The translations under genes and the position numbers were made by a program. A stretch of DNA of 64,000 nt from a virus (taxonomy: Duplodnaviria; Caudoviricetes), in IMG/VR virus record IMGVR_UViG_3300020204_000066, positions 229 to 64,228 of that record, one strand, 5' to 3'. Below are positions 1-8,675 of this stretch, one piece after another. The number at the start of each line of letters is the position of its first letter. The first letter of the stretch is position 1. Under the pieces are notes generated by a model, which saw nothing but the letters and a program-made list of their open reading frames with translations, did no database searches and had not been told where the DNA came from.

Positions 1-380
1 TGGTAGGAATCCATGCTGCGCTCACCAACGTCAAAAAAGTCAGCATCATGCAGCTCTTTGTATCCAGTGTAGAAGTTGCGAGCGAGACCAGGAAACTTAC
101 GCTTCATCATTTTCTCAATGCGAGCATCTTCACAGACATTGAGATAGGATTGGGGGATACCATAATCTTGCCCCCACTTATCAGGCGTATATAGAGCGTG
201 ACCCACCTCATGCCCTACGAGCAGATCATAGACATTGGGAGATGCCACATCCCACATAGGCAGCGTGAGCACACGGTCTTTCACGTTGAACATAGCGGTT
301 TCAACCTTGCGATGCTCAACGATGAGGTTTTCGGTGGCGAGGAGACGGGCAAGATTGCCCTTGACTTCCATGTTCAGCAT
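1..380 (-). CDS. CobT-like / HExxH zinc metallopeptidase-domain protein (partial, runs off the window edge)
   Basis: Not in the ORF track. Manual translation from ATG at 380 gives MLNMEVKGNLARLLATENLIVEHRKVETAMFNVKDRVLTLPMWD...LLVGHEVGHALYTP...NVCEDARIEK, with an HEVGH zinc motif. This gene typically follows g46 in cyanomyoviruses. Confidence 0.8.
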   Translation of the reverse strand, partial: MLNMEVKGNLARLLATENLIVEHRKVETAMFNVKDRVLTLPMWDVASPNVYDLLVGHEVGHALYTPDKWGQDYGIPQSYLNVCEDARIEKMMKRKFPGLARNFYTGYKELHDADFFDVGERSMDSY

Positions 381-403
381 TGGTCTCTTGCGTTGTTGAA
401 CCT

Positions 404-432
404 ACTATACGACAAAAGGGGTGCCAAAGCAA
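404..432 (-). promoter_or_regulatory. sigma70-like promoter (TTGCTT-17-TATAGT) for the peptidase gene
   Basis: On the minus strand, -35 at 432-427, a 17-bp spacer, -10 at 409-404, with the ATG at 380. Confidence 0.65.
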
Positions 433-437
433 CCCCT
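414..437 (-). terminator. Rho-independent terminator after the g47-g46 operon
   Basis: Minus strand reads AGGGGTTGC-TTTG-GCACCCCT-TTT, a GC-rich stem followed by a short T tract. Confidence 0.55.
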
Positions 438-463
438 GTTTTCATTTCCTTATCAATAAAGTT

Positions 464-646
464 TTATTGATTAGTATTGCTTATACGATTGATTTCATAT
501 AAATTTGACGACATATATTTTTTAAGTTTTTTCAAACTTTTTCTGGCGCTAGCAGCACGAGAAAGAATAGTATCTCTCATCTTAGCATTTGCTTCGTCAA
601 TTTGCTGCTGAGTAAACTCAAGCGCCTCATCTCTTTCAGGTTCCAC
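464..646 (-). CDS. hypothetical protein
   Basis: 60-aa ORF overlapping the g46 stop, co-oriented. Confidence 0.6.
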   Translation of the reverse strand: MEPERDEALEFTQQQIDEANAKMRDTILSRAASARKSLKKLKKYMSSNLYEINRISNTNQ

Positions 647-2363
647 TATCTAGTTCCTCCATGTAACTAAAGTTTTTATGTTTTTCATATTTAAGAACAC
701 GTTTAAATTTTTCTACCATATTTTCTCGGTGAGAAATTACAAACACATTTACATTATCATCAAAGGTTCTGAGAATAAAACTCAACTCATCAGATCCAAC
801 TGTGTCCAAAGATCCATCAAAAATTTCATCCAGAATTAGCAAATTAGTATTAGTAGAATTTTTTAGTTTTGCAATTGCTCTCCAGGTAAGTAATAAAGAA
901 ATATCAATTCTTGCTTTCTCACCCTCAGAGAAACTTTCGTAACTAAACTCATCTCTATATCGAGATTTAATCACTTCCTCAAAATTTTCATTGAGTGTAA
1001 AACTTGCATAAAAATCTAAGGTTTGCAAATACTCATTTACCAACTTGTTCATGATTGGTAAATACTGCTTGATGATTTGTGTTTTAATTCCACTGTCCTT
1101 AAGAAGAGCAGACGCAACTGTACATAAATCTTTGGTCTTCTTATTTGCGATTAAATCTTGTTCTGCAGATTTCAAAGAATTAACATCAAACATTAATTTT
1201 TTAGCTTCTTGCTGAACAGAAACTTTATTGCTTTCAATAGTGCTGATTTCTTTTTTCAGATATGCAATTTGATCGTTATGATGTTTTATGCTTAATGTTG
1301 TCTCTGATATTACCTTAGAGTAATCCAGTAGTTTGGAAGAAAATTTTTGAAGGATTTTTTTCTGTTCGGTCAATTCATTTGAATACGTTTGCACTTCTTC
1401 AATCTTTACGTTGAACTCATCAATCTTTTCGTTGATAGAATTGATCTTATCTTTTTTGAATTCTTCCGTAATAGTTTGAGTGCAAGTAGGGCAAGTAGAA
1501 TTTCCAGAAAAGAAATTTTTCTCGGAAGAAACTAGTTCTAATTTTGCAGATAACTTAGAATGAATAGTATTCAGTTCTTTTAGTTTTGCATCAGGATTTT
1601 CCGTTTGACTGATCTTCTCATTTACCTCTTCCAGTAATTTTGTATTGGAAGATATTACCTTTTCATATTCCTGAATTTCACCATTCAAGTCAGAAATTTT
1701 TTCTAGTTTACTATTGATATCTGCAGTCTTTCTTTGTTCAATATCCAGAATATATTTTTTCTGCATTTCAATCTTTTCCTTTAGCAGAGAGACAGTGCTT
1801 TCAGAAAGATTGATAGTCTCTTTAACTTCTTTCATTCTATCTTTCAATAGGACATTCATAGTAGAAAAAATTTGAATGTCTAATAGATCTTCGATAATCT
1901 CTCTGCGAGAAGCAAGAGGAAGTCTCATAAACGGGACGAAAGTAGAAGATCCCAGTACTACAATTTGAGTGAAAGACTTATAGTTTAATTTTAAAATATT
2001 TTGCTCTAGATTTTTCTGCTGATCTACCGCACTAGCACTCTGATTTAACAGGGATCCATTCTGATATATCTCAAATATTGCTGGTTTAATTCCTCTGCGT
2101 ACTAAGAATTCTTTCTTTCCAATGGAAAATTCAATTTCGGCAAGACATTCTTTTTCGTTAACACTATTTACTAATTGAGGTTTATTAATCTTACGAAATG
2201 GTTTCCCAAACAGACTAAAGGTGAGAGCATCTAGAACAGTGCTCTTACCAGATCCATTAGTACCAATAATTAACGTAGATGAAGATGCAGTTAAATTTAC
2301 TTCAGTAAATTGTGCTCCCGTGGATAAGAAATTTTTCCAGCGAATTGTTTTAAAAATAATCAT
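636..2363 (-). CDS. g46: recombination endonuclease subunit gp46 (Rad50/SbcC-like ATPase)
   Basis: Walker A GTNGSGKS, coiled coil with CPTC zinc hook, FSEGEK signature, Walker B LILDEIFD. Confidence 0.97.
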   Translation of the reverse strand: MIIFKTIRWKNFLSTGAQFTEVNLTASSSTLIIGTNGSGKSTVLDALTFSLFGKPFRKINKPQLVNSVNEKECLAEIEFSIGKKEFLVRRGIKPAIFEIYQNGSLLNQSASAVDQQKNLEQNILKLNYKSFTQIVVLGSSTFVPFMRLPLASRREIIEDLLDIQIFSTMNVLLKDRMKEVKETINLSESTVSLLKEKIEMQKKYILDIEQRKTADINSKLEKISDLNGEIQEYEKVISSNTKLLEEVNEKISQTENPDAKLKELNTIHSKLSAKLELVSSEKNFFSGNSTCPTCTQTITEEFKKDKINSINEKIDEFNVKIEEVQTYSNELTEQKKILQKFSSKLLDYSKVISETTLSIKHHNDQIAYLKKEISTIESNKVSVQQEAKKLMFDVNSLKSAEQDLIANKKTKDLCTVASALLKDSGIKTQIIKQYLPIMNKLVNEYLQTLDFYASFTLNENFEEVIKSRYRDEFSYESFSEGEKARIDISLLLTWRAIAKLKNSTNTNLLILDEIFDGSLDTVGSDELSFILRTFDDNVNVFVISHRENMVEKFKRVLKYEKHKNFSYMEELDSGT

Positions 2364-2364
2364 A

Positions 2365-2622
2365 TTAAAGTTTTGGAGGAATTACAATATCATCGTTAGT
2401 AACTAAAAAATATTTTAGTTCTGACATCTCACAGAAATCTACTATCTCATCTTCAACTTCTACAACAGAAAGGGGAGGATACTGGTCTTCTGCTTCAAGC
2501 AGTCCCACATATCTTTCTACATCATCTTTTTCTTCAAAAAGATATAGAAGTTTATCTCCGCTATCAGATAAAACTGAATAGGCACCTTCTTCTTCTTTCC
2601 CCTTTACTGCTATAACATACAT
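2365..2622 (-). CDS. conserved cyanophage hypothetical protein (acidic)
   Basis: 85-aa ORF packed tightly between g47 and g46. Confidence 0.75.
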   Translation of the reverse strand: MYVIAVKGKEEEGAYSVLSDSGDKLLYLFEEKDDVERYVGLLEAEDQYPPLSVVEVEDEIVDFCEMSELKYFLVTNDDIVIPPKL

Positions 2623-2623
2623 A

Positions 2624-3679
2624 TCAATTCACAATGTTACAACTCTCTATATATAAAGATCTCATAAGGTTTTTTAGTTCGGTTTTGTCCACCGAAACAC
2701 TGAGATCTTCGACATACTTATCGAGAAGAGTTAGAGTATCTTCGATTTCGATGTTGTCTGAAGATGATTCTGATAGTTCAGAATTAATAAAAGTTTCTAC
2801 AACTTTTACATCATGCACACCTGTATTATACAGGGTTTCGATCAGATTGTCAAACTGCGAATAATTTGTTTTCTCATCCACCACAACCTTAACAAAAGTT
2901 TTTTCATAAGATGAGCAATCAAACTCATCATAATTTGTTTTGATATCGTTGTAGAATATTTTTTTGTATATTGTATATGGATTTGGAATAAATTTTAATT
3001 TCTTACTGGTCAGATCTAGTTCATGAAATCCTCTAGTATCAGAGTAATCATTCCAATACATCTGATATGGATTACCCAAGTATTTAATATTTCCTTTCTC
3101 CGATTTAAAGTGAAAGTGTCCCGAATAGACTTGTCCAAAATCTCGGAATAAAGATGCATCCATTCCATGATCCATAATTACTCCAGGTCTAGAAATAAAT
3201 CCCTGAAGTTCTAAATGCCCAATGGCATATTCTTTATGTGAATTATCGATCGCTTCAAATGTCTCTGAATAGTTTTCAGCACAAATCCATGGAAGCATCA
3301 TGAAATAAGAATTACCAAGTTTAATTTCCTTAGGTCGTGAATAAACATTTACATTAGGAAACTCATTTAAAAGTAGTTCTGGAGTATTTACATCAATGGT
3401 GTTTTTATAGAACGTAGTATGATTTCCCACGATCATGTGAACAGTAACACCAAGATCCTCAAGTTTTTTGTAATAGTTTTCTTTTGCCCACTTCAGTGAT
3501 ACAAAGTCAATAGACTTTCTGTTATCAAAGGTATCACCAAGATCAATAAGTGTTTTAATTTTATTCTCTTTCAGATACGGAAAGAAAACTTCATCATAAA
3601 ACTTTTTATAATAATCTTGGAAAATTTGACTGCCTTTATGAGAACCAAAATGCTGGTCTGTAATTAAACAAATTTTCAT
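2624..3679 (-). CDS. g47: recombination endonuclease subunit gp47 (Mre11/SbcD-like)
   Basis: Metallophosphoesterase motifs TDQHFG, DLGDTFD, VGNH and SGHFH. Confidence 0.97.
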   Translation of the reverse strand: MKICLITDQHFGSHKGSQIFQDYYKKFYDEVFFPYLKENKIKTLIDLGDTFDNRKSIDFVSLKWAKENYYKKLEDLGVTVHMIVGNHTTFYKNTIDVNTPELLLNEFPNVNVYSRPKEIKLGNSYFMMLPWICAENYSETFEAIDNSHKEYAIGHLELQGFISRPGVIMDHGMDASLFRDFGQVYSGHFHFKSEKGNIKYLGNPYQMYWNDYSDTRGFHELDLTSKKLKFIPNPYTIYKKIFYNDIKTNYDEFDCSSYEKTFVKVVVDEKTNYSQFDNLIETLYNTGVHDVKVVETFINSELSESSSDNIEIEDTLTLLDKYVEDLSVSVDKTELKNLMRSLYIESCNIVN

Positions 3680-4179
3680 TTTTTCATTCGTGCTTCGATG
3701 TTTTCTTTAATACTATTCAAAGAGGATGGAGTTGTATTATATCCCGTCATTGTACCATCGTAACGATCTGAATACAAAACTTCATCGTACCCAGACTTTT
3801 CTAATATTTTTTGCTTAATTTCTAACTGCTTCTTTTCTTTCTGAATTCTTCTCAGGAAAGCAAAGTAAATGATTTGAGTAAAGTATGCAAAAGGATTGGT
3901 TGATTTTTCAGTGTTAAAGTTATCAACGTATTGTAAACAATTTTCTACACCATCACAAATCATATCTTCCCTAAACATGTAGTTAACAAAGTTAGGTTTG
4001 TATGATAAGTGTGTGGCAATTTTAAGAAAGCACTCTCCAATGTAAGGAGGAACTCTTGGTTTTGGTAAGTCTTCTTCTCTTGCTTTTTTTAGTTCTTTTT
4101 TATATTCAATAAGAACTTCAAGAAATTCTCTGTTATTTACATAATTTTCTTTCTTTGGATTAGGCATACGTTGATACAC
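3676..4179 (-). CDS. g55: late-transcription sigma factor gp55
   Basis: YVNNREF, YIGECFLKIATHLSYKPNFVNY and NPFAYFTQIIYFAFLRRI motifs. The start may be the ATG at 4167. Confidence 0.96.
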   Translation of the reverse strand: MYQRMPNPKKENYVNNREFLEVLIEYKKELKKAREEDLPKPRVPPYIGECFLKIATHLSYKPNFVNYMFREDMICDGVENCLQYVDNFNTEKSTNPFAYFTQIIYFAFLRRIQKEKKQLEIKQKILEKSGYDEVLYSDRYDGTMTGYNTTPSSLNSIKENIEARMKK

Positions 4180-4197
4180 TTACTTTCTATTGTAATC

Positions 4198-4226
4198 ATT
4201 GTAGCACTGTACACCTAAAATGTCAA
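4198..4226 (-). promoter_or_regulatory. sigma70-like promoter for g55 (TTGACA-17-TACAAT)
   Basis: Near-consensus boxes at 4226-4221 and 4203-4198, directly upstream of g55. Confidence 0.8.
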
Positions 4227-4253
4227 CAGATTGTAACAGAATTTCAGAGGGGC

Positions 4254-4282
4254 TTGACAAGGTATCCAAATCTCTGTATAAT
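4254..4282 (+). promoter_or_regulatory. perfect sigma70 consensus promoter (TTGACA-17-TATAAT) with no downstream sense gene
   Basis: TTGACA at 4254-4259 and TATAAT at 4277-4282; divergent from the g55 promoter. Confidence 0.75.
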
Positions 4283-4333
4283 CACAGTGTAGCGCGGTAA
4301 AATACATTTAGCTTCTTTAAATCTTTTAGATAC

Positions 4334-4729
4334 TTAATGATTATTATAAATCTTTTCTAGTAACATTCTAGCTTCATTTACTTTGGTTACGTAACCATTA
4401 TGTTTTTTACCAGTACTAGATCTAGATACTTTATTTAAATTATTAGAAGAAATAATTTTTAAATAGAATACTGCTACATCAGCACTTGCTTCTGCTATTG
4501 TAATTATTTTATCTCTTGATACAGCAACCATATCATCAGTACAAGATCTTAACCAAGGTTCTAATTGAAATCCTTTCATTTTAATTTGAGAATTACCACT
4601 CTCTACGGGTACAACTACCATGGGATTCTCAATCATAATAATATCAGTTTGATCATCGTAAATAATATTACCAATTAATTCTTCTTTAGTAACTAATTTA
4701 ATAATTCCTACAAAGTGAGTACTTTCCAT
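4334..4729 (-). CDS. conserved cyanophage protein, probable Sm-like fold
   Basis: IIKLVTKEELIG...IENPMVV...LEPWL pattern; usual position between uvsW and g55. Confidence 0.7.
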   Translation of the reverse strand: MESTHFVGIIKLVTKEELIGNIIYDDQTDIIMIENPMVVVPVESGNSQIKMKGFQLEPWLRSCTDDMVAVSRDKIITIAEASADVAVFYLKIISSNNLNKVSRSSTGKKHNGYVTKVNEARMLLEKIYNNH

Positions 4730-4736
4730 TTTATCT

Positions 4737-6200
4737 TTAAAACTTAGTTTGCAAATTAATTATTTCATAATTAAAGTTTTCTTCGTTGTAGATTTTAATT
4801 CTTTCTTCTAAGTGCTTAAGGGTAAAGTTCCTTAATTTGTTATGAGAAATATCGTCTGCTATATCGTAAAGAGTAGCGATATCCTTACTATCACTTTTAC
4901 GAAGAACTCTTCCTATTGATTGTAAATTTCTAATTCTTGATTTTGAAGGAGAAGCAAATACAACGTTGTGTAAATTTTTAATATTGATACCAGTACTGAA
5001 TGTTCCGTAAGAAGCAATAATTACACAGTTATCTTCTCGTTCAGTTAATAATCTGATGTCTTCTCTGTCTTCAGTGTCAACACCACCGTAGATAAAAAAT
5101 ACTTTTCTATTTTTATCCTCACCATTATTTATCAAATTGAATAGTGGTCTCCCATGTTTTTCAACGTAGTTAAATAGAACCAAAGTATTACCTGACAAAT
5201 CTTTAACTAAATTTTTGATTAAGTTATTTCTTTTTTGATGTTGAACCAGATAATCAATCTCTTCTTGGTAAGATGCAAAGGGTTGATATTCATGCTTACA
5301 CACTAGGATCTTAATTCTAAAGTTTGCTAGGTGTCCTTTCTGAATAAGATGATCAGTTTTTGTAACTTGATCACAAGGACCAAACAATCCTTCCAGAACC
5401 CACTTATGAGTTTTAGTTCCATCTAAGGTTCCAGTAAATCCAATTCTGTACTTTGCATTGTGCAACTTACTCATCAATCCAGTTAATGATTTGGATTTGA
5501 ATAGGTGTGCCTCATCACCAATAACACATTTAAATCTTTCAAAATAACGACTAGGTAGTTTATATACAGACTGCCAAGTAGTAATGATTACTTGTTTATC
5601 TGTAAATCTTTCTTTTCCTGAATATACACGATGGCAATGTTCATCAACATTCCATCCGTAATCTTTAAAGTCAGCATACATTTGCTCAACCAATGATGTA
5701 GTTGGTACAACAATTAAAACATCATTGTCTTGCTCTATATGATACCTGACAATAGAATAAATCATCAACGATTTTCCTGATGCTGTTGGAGACAGCAAAA
5801 GTTTTCTATTATACTTCAGTGCCTGATATACTGCTTTGTATTGATAGTCACGAACCTTCAGTGAAGTTATTGAATTCATAAATTCAAATACTCCTTCTGG
5901 AGTGATCATTTTGTTTTCATCCTCAATGTTTCCGAAGAAATTATTCTCTTCAAATTTGTAAGAATACGAATGCATCTCACACCAACTTTTGAAGTGTTCG
6001 GTTAATCCTCCGTACAACTCTCCTGTTCCTGGCGAATACAATCTAATTTTTCCATCCCATATTTTTTGTTTATACAAAGGCATAAACTTTGCTTCTGGGA
6101 CATCAAATGTAAAATAATCAGATAATTCTTGATGAATGTGTGGTGGTGCTTGGATAATGTTGAATACTTCGTTTTTCTTTTTGAGGGTGATATCCGCCAT
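4737..6200 (-). CDS. uvsW: UvsW SF2 RNA-DNA/DNA helicase
   Basis: SPTASGKS, GDEAH, GFTGT and QSIGRVLR motifs. Confidence 0.97.
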   Translation of the reverse strand: MADITLKKKNEVFNIIQAPPHIHQELSDYFTFDVPEAKFMPLYKQKIWDGKIRLYSPGTGELYGGLTEHFKSWCEMHSYSYKFEENNFFGNIEDENKMITPEGVFEFMNSITSLKVRDYQYKAVYQALKYNRKLLLSPTASGKSLMIYSIVRYHIEQDNDVLIVVPTTSLVEQMYADFKDYGWNVDEHCHRVYSGKERFTDKQVIITTWQSVYKLPSRYFERFKCVIGDEAHLFKSKSLTGLMSKLHNAKYRIGFTGTLDGTKTHKWVLEGLFGPCDQVTKTDHLIQKGHLANFRIKILVCKHEYQPFASYQEEIDYLVQHQKRNNLIKNLVKDLSGNTLVLFNYVEKHGRPLFNLINNGEDKNRKVFFIYGGVDTEDREDIRLLTEREDNCVIIASYGTFSTGINIKNLHNVVFASPSKSRIRNLQSIGRVLRKSDSKDIATLYDIADDISHNKLRNFTLKHLEERIKIYNEENFNYEIINLQTKF

Positions 6201-6204
6201 TTAT

Positions 6205-6654
6205 TTACTTCCCGTTAATGAATTTTTCCCAATCAATAGCATTTTTAATTTGATTATGTCTGTATGTAATCATCTTGATCACATTATCCAGATAACTTAA
6301 AGTTGTTTTTACATAATCAATTTTTCCTTGTAATGTTCTTACGTCATCATCTGCATCTACATATTTTTCAATCTCCGCTCTAGTGAGATCTAATCCAAAT
6401 TTTTTTTCCTTATATATTTCTTTAGGTGCATTACCTGAATAGAATTCCCATTTGTCTCGTACAAGAACTTTCATTTGGGAATCGTATTGACACTTGATCT
6501 CGTTGTAGTGAGTATAAAGGTCTAAGTATTTGCAATGTAAATAAGGTGTTTCTACTGAAAGTTTTGCAATATCTACTGAGTATTTGTCTCCTTTCATTCC
6601 AAAATCACATGCAGAATCTTCTGCCCACATCTTCTTAATATCATTTAATTTCAT
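6205..6654 (-). CDS. uvsY: UvsY recombination mediator
   Basis: MWAEDS, P.LH.KY, KWEFYSG and IKNAIDWEKF motifs; adjacent to uvsW. Confidence 0.9.
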   Translation of the reverse strand: MKLNDIKKMWAEDSACDFGMKGDKYSVDIAKLSVETPYLHCKYLDLYTHYNEIKCQYDSQMKVLVRDKWEFYSGNAPKEIYKEKKFGLDLTRAEIEKYVDADDDVRTLQGKIDYVKTTLSYLDNVIKMITYRHNQIKNAIDWEKFINGK

Positions 6655-7178
6655 AATGGTCTTGCGTCAACTCCTTGCATTTCGTAGTACAAATATTTAA
6701 AAGTTACTGATGCTGACATGTATTCAATGTCATTGCTGCCAGAATCAAAATCAACACCGCTTAAACTTACTGGGTATACATTGTTGAAATTGATCACTAC
6801 ATTTGCATTCATTGCATTAGTTAAAATTACAAGTTGTGCATTTGCATATTCAACTTCATCATTAGTAGATCCTTCTAATGCCACTCCGTTTTTATTGATC
6901 CATTTAAAAAGACTAACATAATTAGATAAATCTTCGTCAATTAAAAAACGAATATTAAGATCATCATAATCTACGCCACCAGATGTAGGTACTGTAATTC
7001 CTTTGTATCTAGTAGCTACGTTAGTAGACCTTAATGACAGTCCTGGTAGATTTGAGGACTGACAGAAAAATTCTGCTTCTGGAAATAAATCTACATTAAA
7101 TTTAAACGCAACAGGAGAAAGATAGTTTCTATTTGCTGGTTGCGCCTTTTTCCATCTGGGTGATGTGATATTAGTCAT
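6651..7178 (-). CDS. g3: tail completion / tube terminator protein gp3
   Basis: NYLSPVAFKF, FFCQSSNLPG and RFLIDEDLSNY motifs; downstream of g23. Confidence 0.85.
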   Translation of the reverse strand: MTNITSPRWKKAQPANRNYLSPVAFKFNVDLFPEAEFFCQSSNLPGLSLRSTNVATRYKGITVPTSGGVDYDDLNIRFLIDEDLSNYVSLFKWINKNGVALEGSTNDEVEYANAQLVILTNAMNANVVINFNNVYPVSLSGVDFDSGSNDIEYMSASVTFKYLYYEMQGVDARPL

Positions 7179-7200
7179 AGCAAAAAATTTCTTTTATTTT

Positions 7201-7207
7201 TATTTAT
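7201..7207 (-). promoter_or_regulatory. late promoter ATAAATA
   Basis: gp55-type motif about 22 bp upstream of the g3 start. Confidence 0.65.
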
Positions 7208-7211
7208 CCCT

Positions 7212-7239
7212 AATAAAAAACCCCCTCCGAAGAGGGGGT
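7212..7239 (-). terminator. Rho-independent terminator after g23
   Basis: ACCCCCTC-TTCG-GAGGGGG stem with a UUCG loop, followed by TTTTTT. Confidence 0.9.
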
Positions 7240-7259
7240 GGAACTATGTGAACTAAGGA

Positions 7260-8627
7260 TCACATTAGGTTGGTAACCTGTACTCTTCTGTAGTACTGGT
7301 TGACGTTAGCGGTGAGGGTTTCAGCGTCTGGAGTTGAACCACCGATAGTTGTGGCAACGAATGGGTTGCTGACCATGCCGTAACGGGTTTTGAAACCAAT
7401 CTTAGGCTGGAATGAACCCTGATCGATAGCACGTACCATTTGGAGAGGTACATATGGGCAATAGAAGAGACCTGCATCATAAGGTGAGGTTCCCTTATAA
7501 CCCATTACATAGAACTGCTTAGCGTCTACGTTTGCTGAATATGGATCGATGAAAACACGGATCTTACCGTTTAGTACACCAGCAAATACGTTACCAGTGT
7601 CATCAACATTAAGATTGGTGTTTAAAGCAGGAGCGTAATCAAGTACGCCTGCCATTGATAGAGCACTTGCAACGTCCGCAGAGCAGATCATGAAGTTGCC
7701 CTTTCCTCTACGAGTTTGCTGAGCAATTGCGTTAGCATCGCGCTCGATTTGGAATAGAAGACCTTTGAACTTCTCAACTGACCAACGACCGTTTGAATCA
7801 ACGTCTAGGTCAAAGATACCAGCGTTAGCGGTATTGAGTTGAGCACCAGGACGTGCAACACGATAGATGGTACGAACAACCTCACGGTTGATTTCTGCAA
7901 GAACTTCGCTAGAAAGAATATTAGCGAGTTCAGTCTCAGCATCAAGACCGTGAATTGCCTTAAGGTCTTGTGCTAGTTCTAGAGTGTACTCAGCCTTGAG
8001 TGCTCTGGACTTTGCAGTAACAGAGGTTTTCTCGATGCTGAATGACATCTCACGGAAAGCAGGTGATCCTGAAGTTCCTAGAGCTTCAGCATCAGCACGG
8101 CTCATGCCAGTTGCTTTTTCGTAGGTGCCAGGTGTGCTGTCGTTAAGAACTGCAGGGTTGTTACCCTCACTGTCTCCACCAACACCAGAAGCGTTGCGAA
8201 CGGTGTATGCACCGCCACCACCAGTGAAACCAGTATCTGCTTCGTTGAATAGTGCTTCTTCGCCACCCTGGGTCTGATACTTAGCCTTCATTGCGAAGAT
8301 AAGACCAGTAGGACCGCTCATTGGTTGAACACCACAAACATCGTATGCCATTAGGTTAGGCATTGCACGACGAATGAGGCTAATTAGAACAGGATCGAAA
8401 CCAGCGAGACCGCCAGTTGACGATGCTGCAGATGAAAGACCATTAGCGCCAGCTGCGTTAACAGGTGCTGCTTCATGGAGCATACCGCGATCTTCGCGCA
8501 TTGCTCTCTCTTGGTTTTCTAGCAGGACTGAGGTTACTGCTCTCTTGTAATTATCCGAAATCTGTGAAAGGTCTGGATGATTTAGAACAGGTGACCACTT
8601 TTCCTGCAGATGCTCTGAATTGAACAT
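7260..8627 (-). CDS. g23: major capsid protein gp23
   Basis: FDPVLISLIRRAMPNL, GVQPMSGPTGLIFAM, ALKAEYTLELAQDLKAIHGLDAE and FYCPYVPLQMVRA motifs. Confidence 0.99.
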   Translation of the reverse strand: MFNSEHLQEKWSPVLNHPDLSQISDNYKRAVTSVLLENQERAMREDRGMLHEAAPVNAAGANGLSSAASSTGGLAGFDPVLISLIRRAMPNLMAYDVCGVQPMSGPTGLIFAMKAKYQTQGGEEALFNEADTGFTGGGGAYTVRNASGVGGDSEGNNPAVLNDSTPGTYEKATGMSRADAEALGTSGSPAFREMSFSIEKTSVTAKSRALKAEYTLELAQDLKAIHGLDAETELANILSSEVLAEINREVVRTIYRVARPGAQLNTANAGIFDLDVDSNGRWSVEKFKGLLFQIERDANAIAQQTRRGKGNFMICSADVASALSMAGVLDYAPALNTNLNVDDTGNVFAGVLNGKIRVFIDPYSANVDAKQFYVMGYKGTSPYDAGLFYCPYVPLQMVRAIDQGSFQPKIGFKTRYGMVSNPFVATTIGGSTPDAETLTANVNQYYRRVQVTNLM

Positions 8628-8664
8628 TTGCTAAACTCCTTTAAATGGGTATTGTGGATAAAAA

Positions 8665-8672
8665 TATTTATA
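8665..8672 (-). promoter_or_regulatory. late promoter TATAAATA for g23
   Basis: Exact T4 late consensus upstream of g23. Confidence 0.8.
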
Positions 8673-8675
8673 CTA

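Noticed and set aside
198-470. Plus-strand 90-aa ORF
   Set aside because: It is the antisense shadow of the minus-strand peptidase gene and its promoter.
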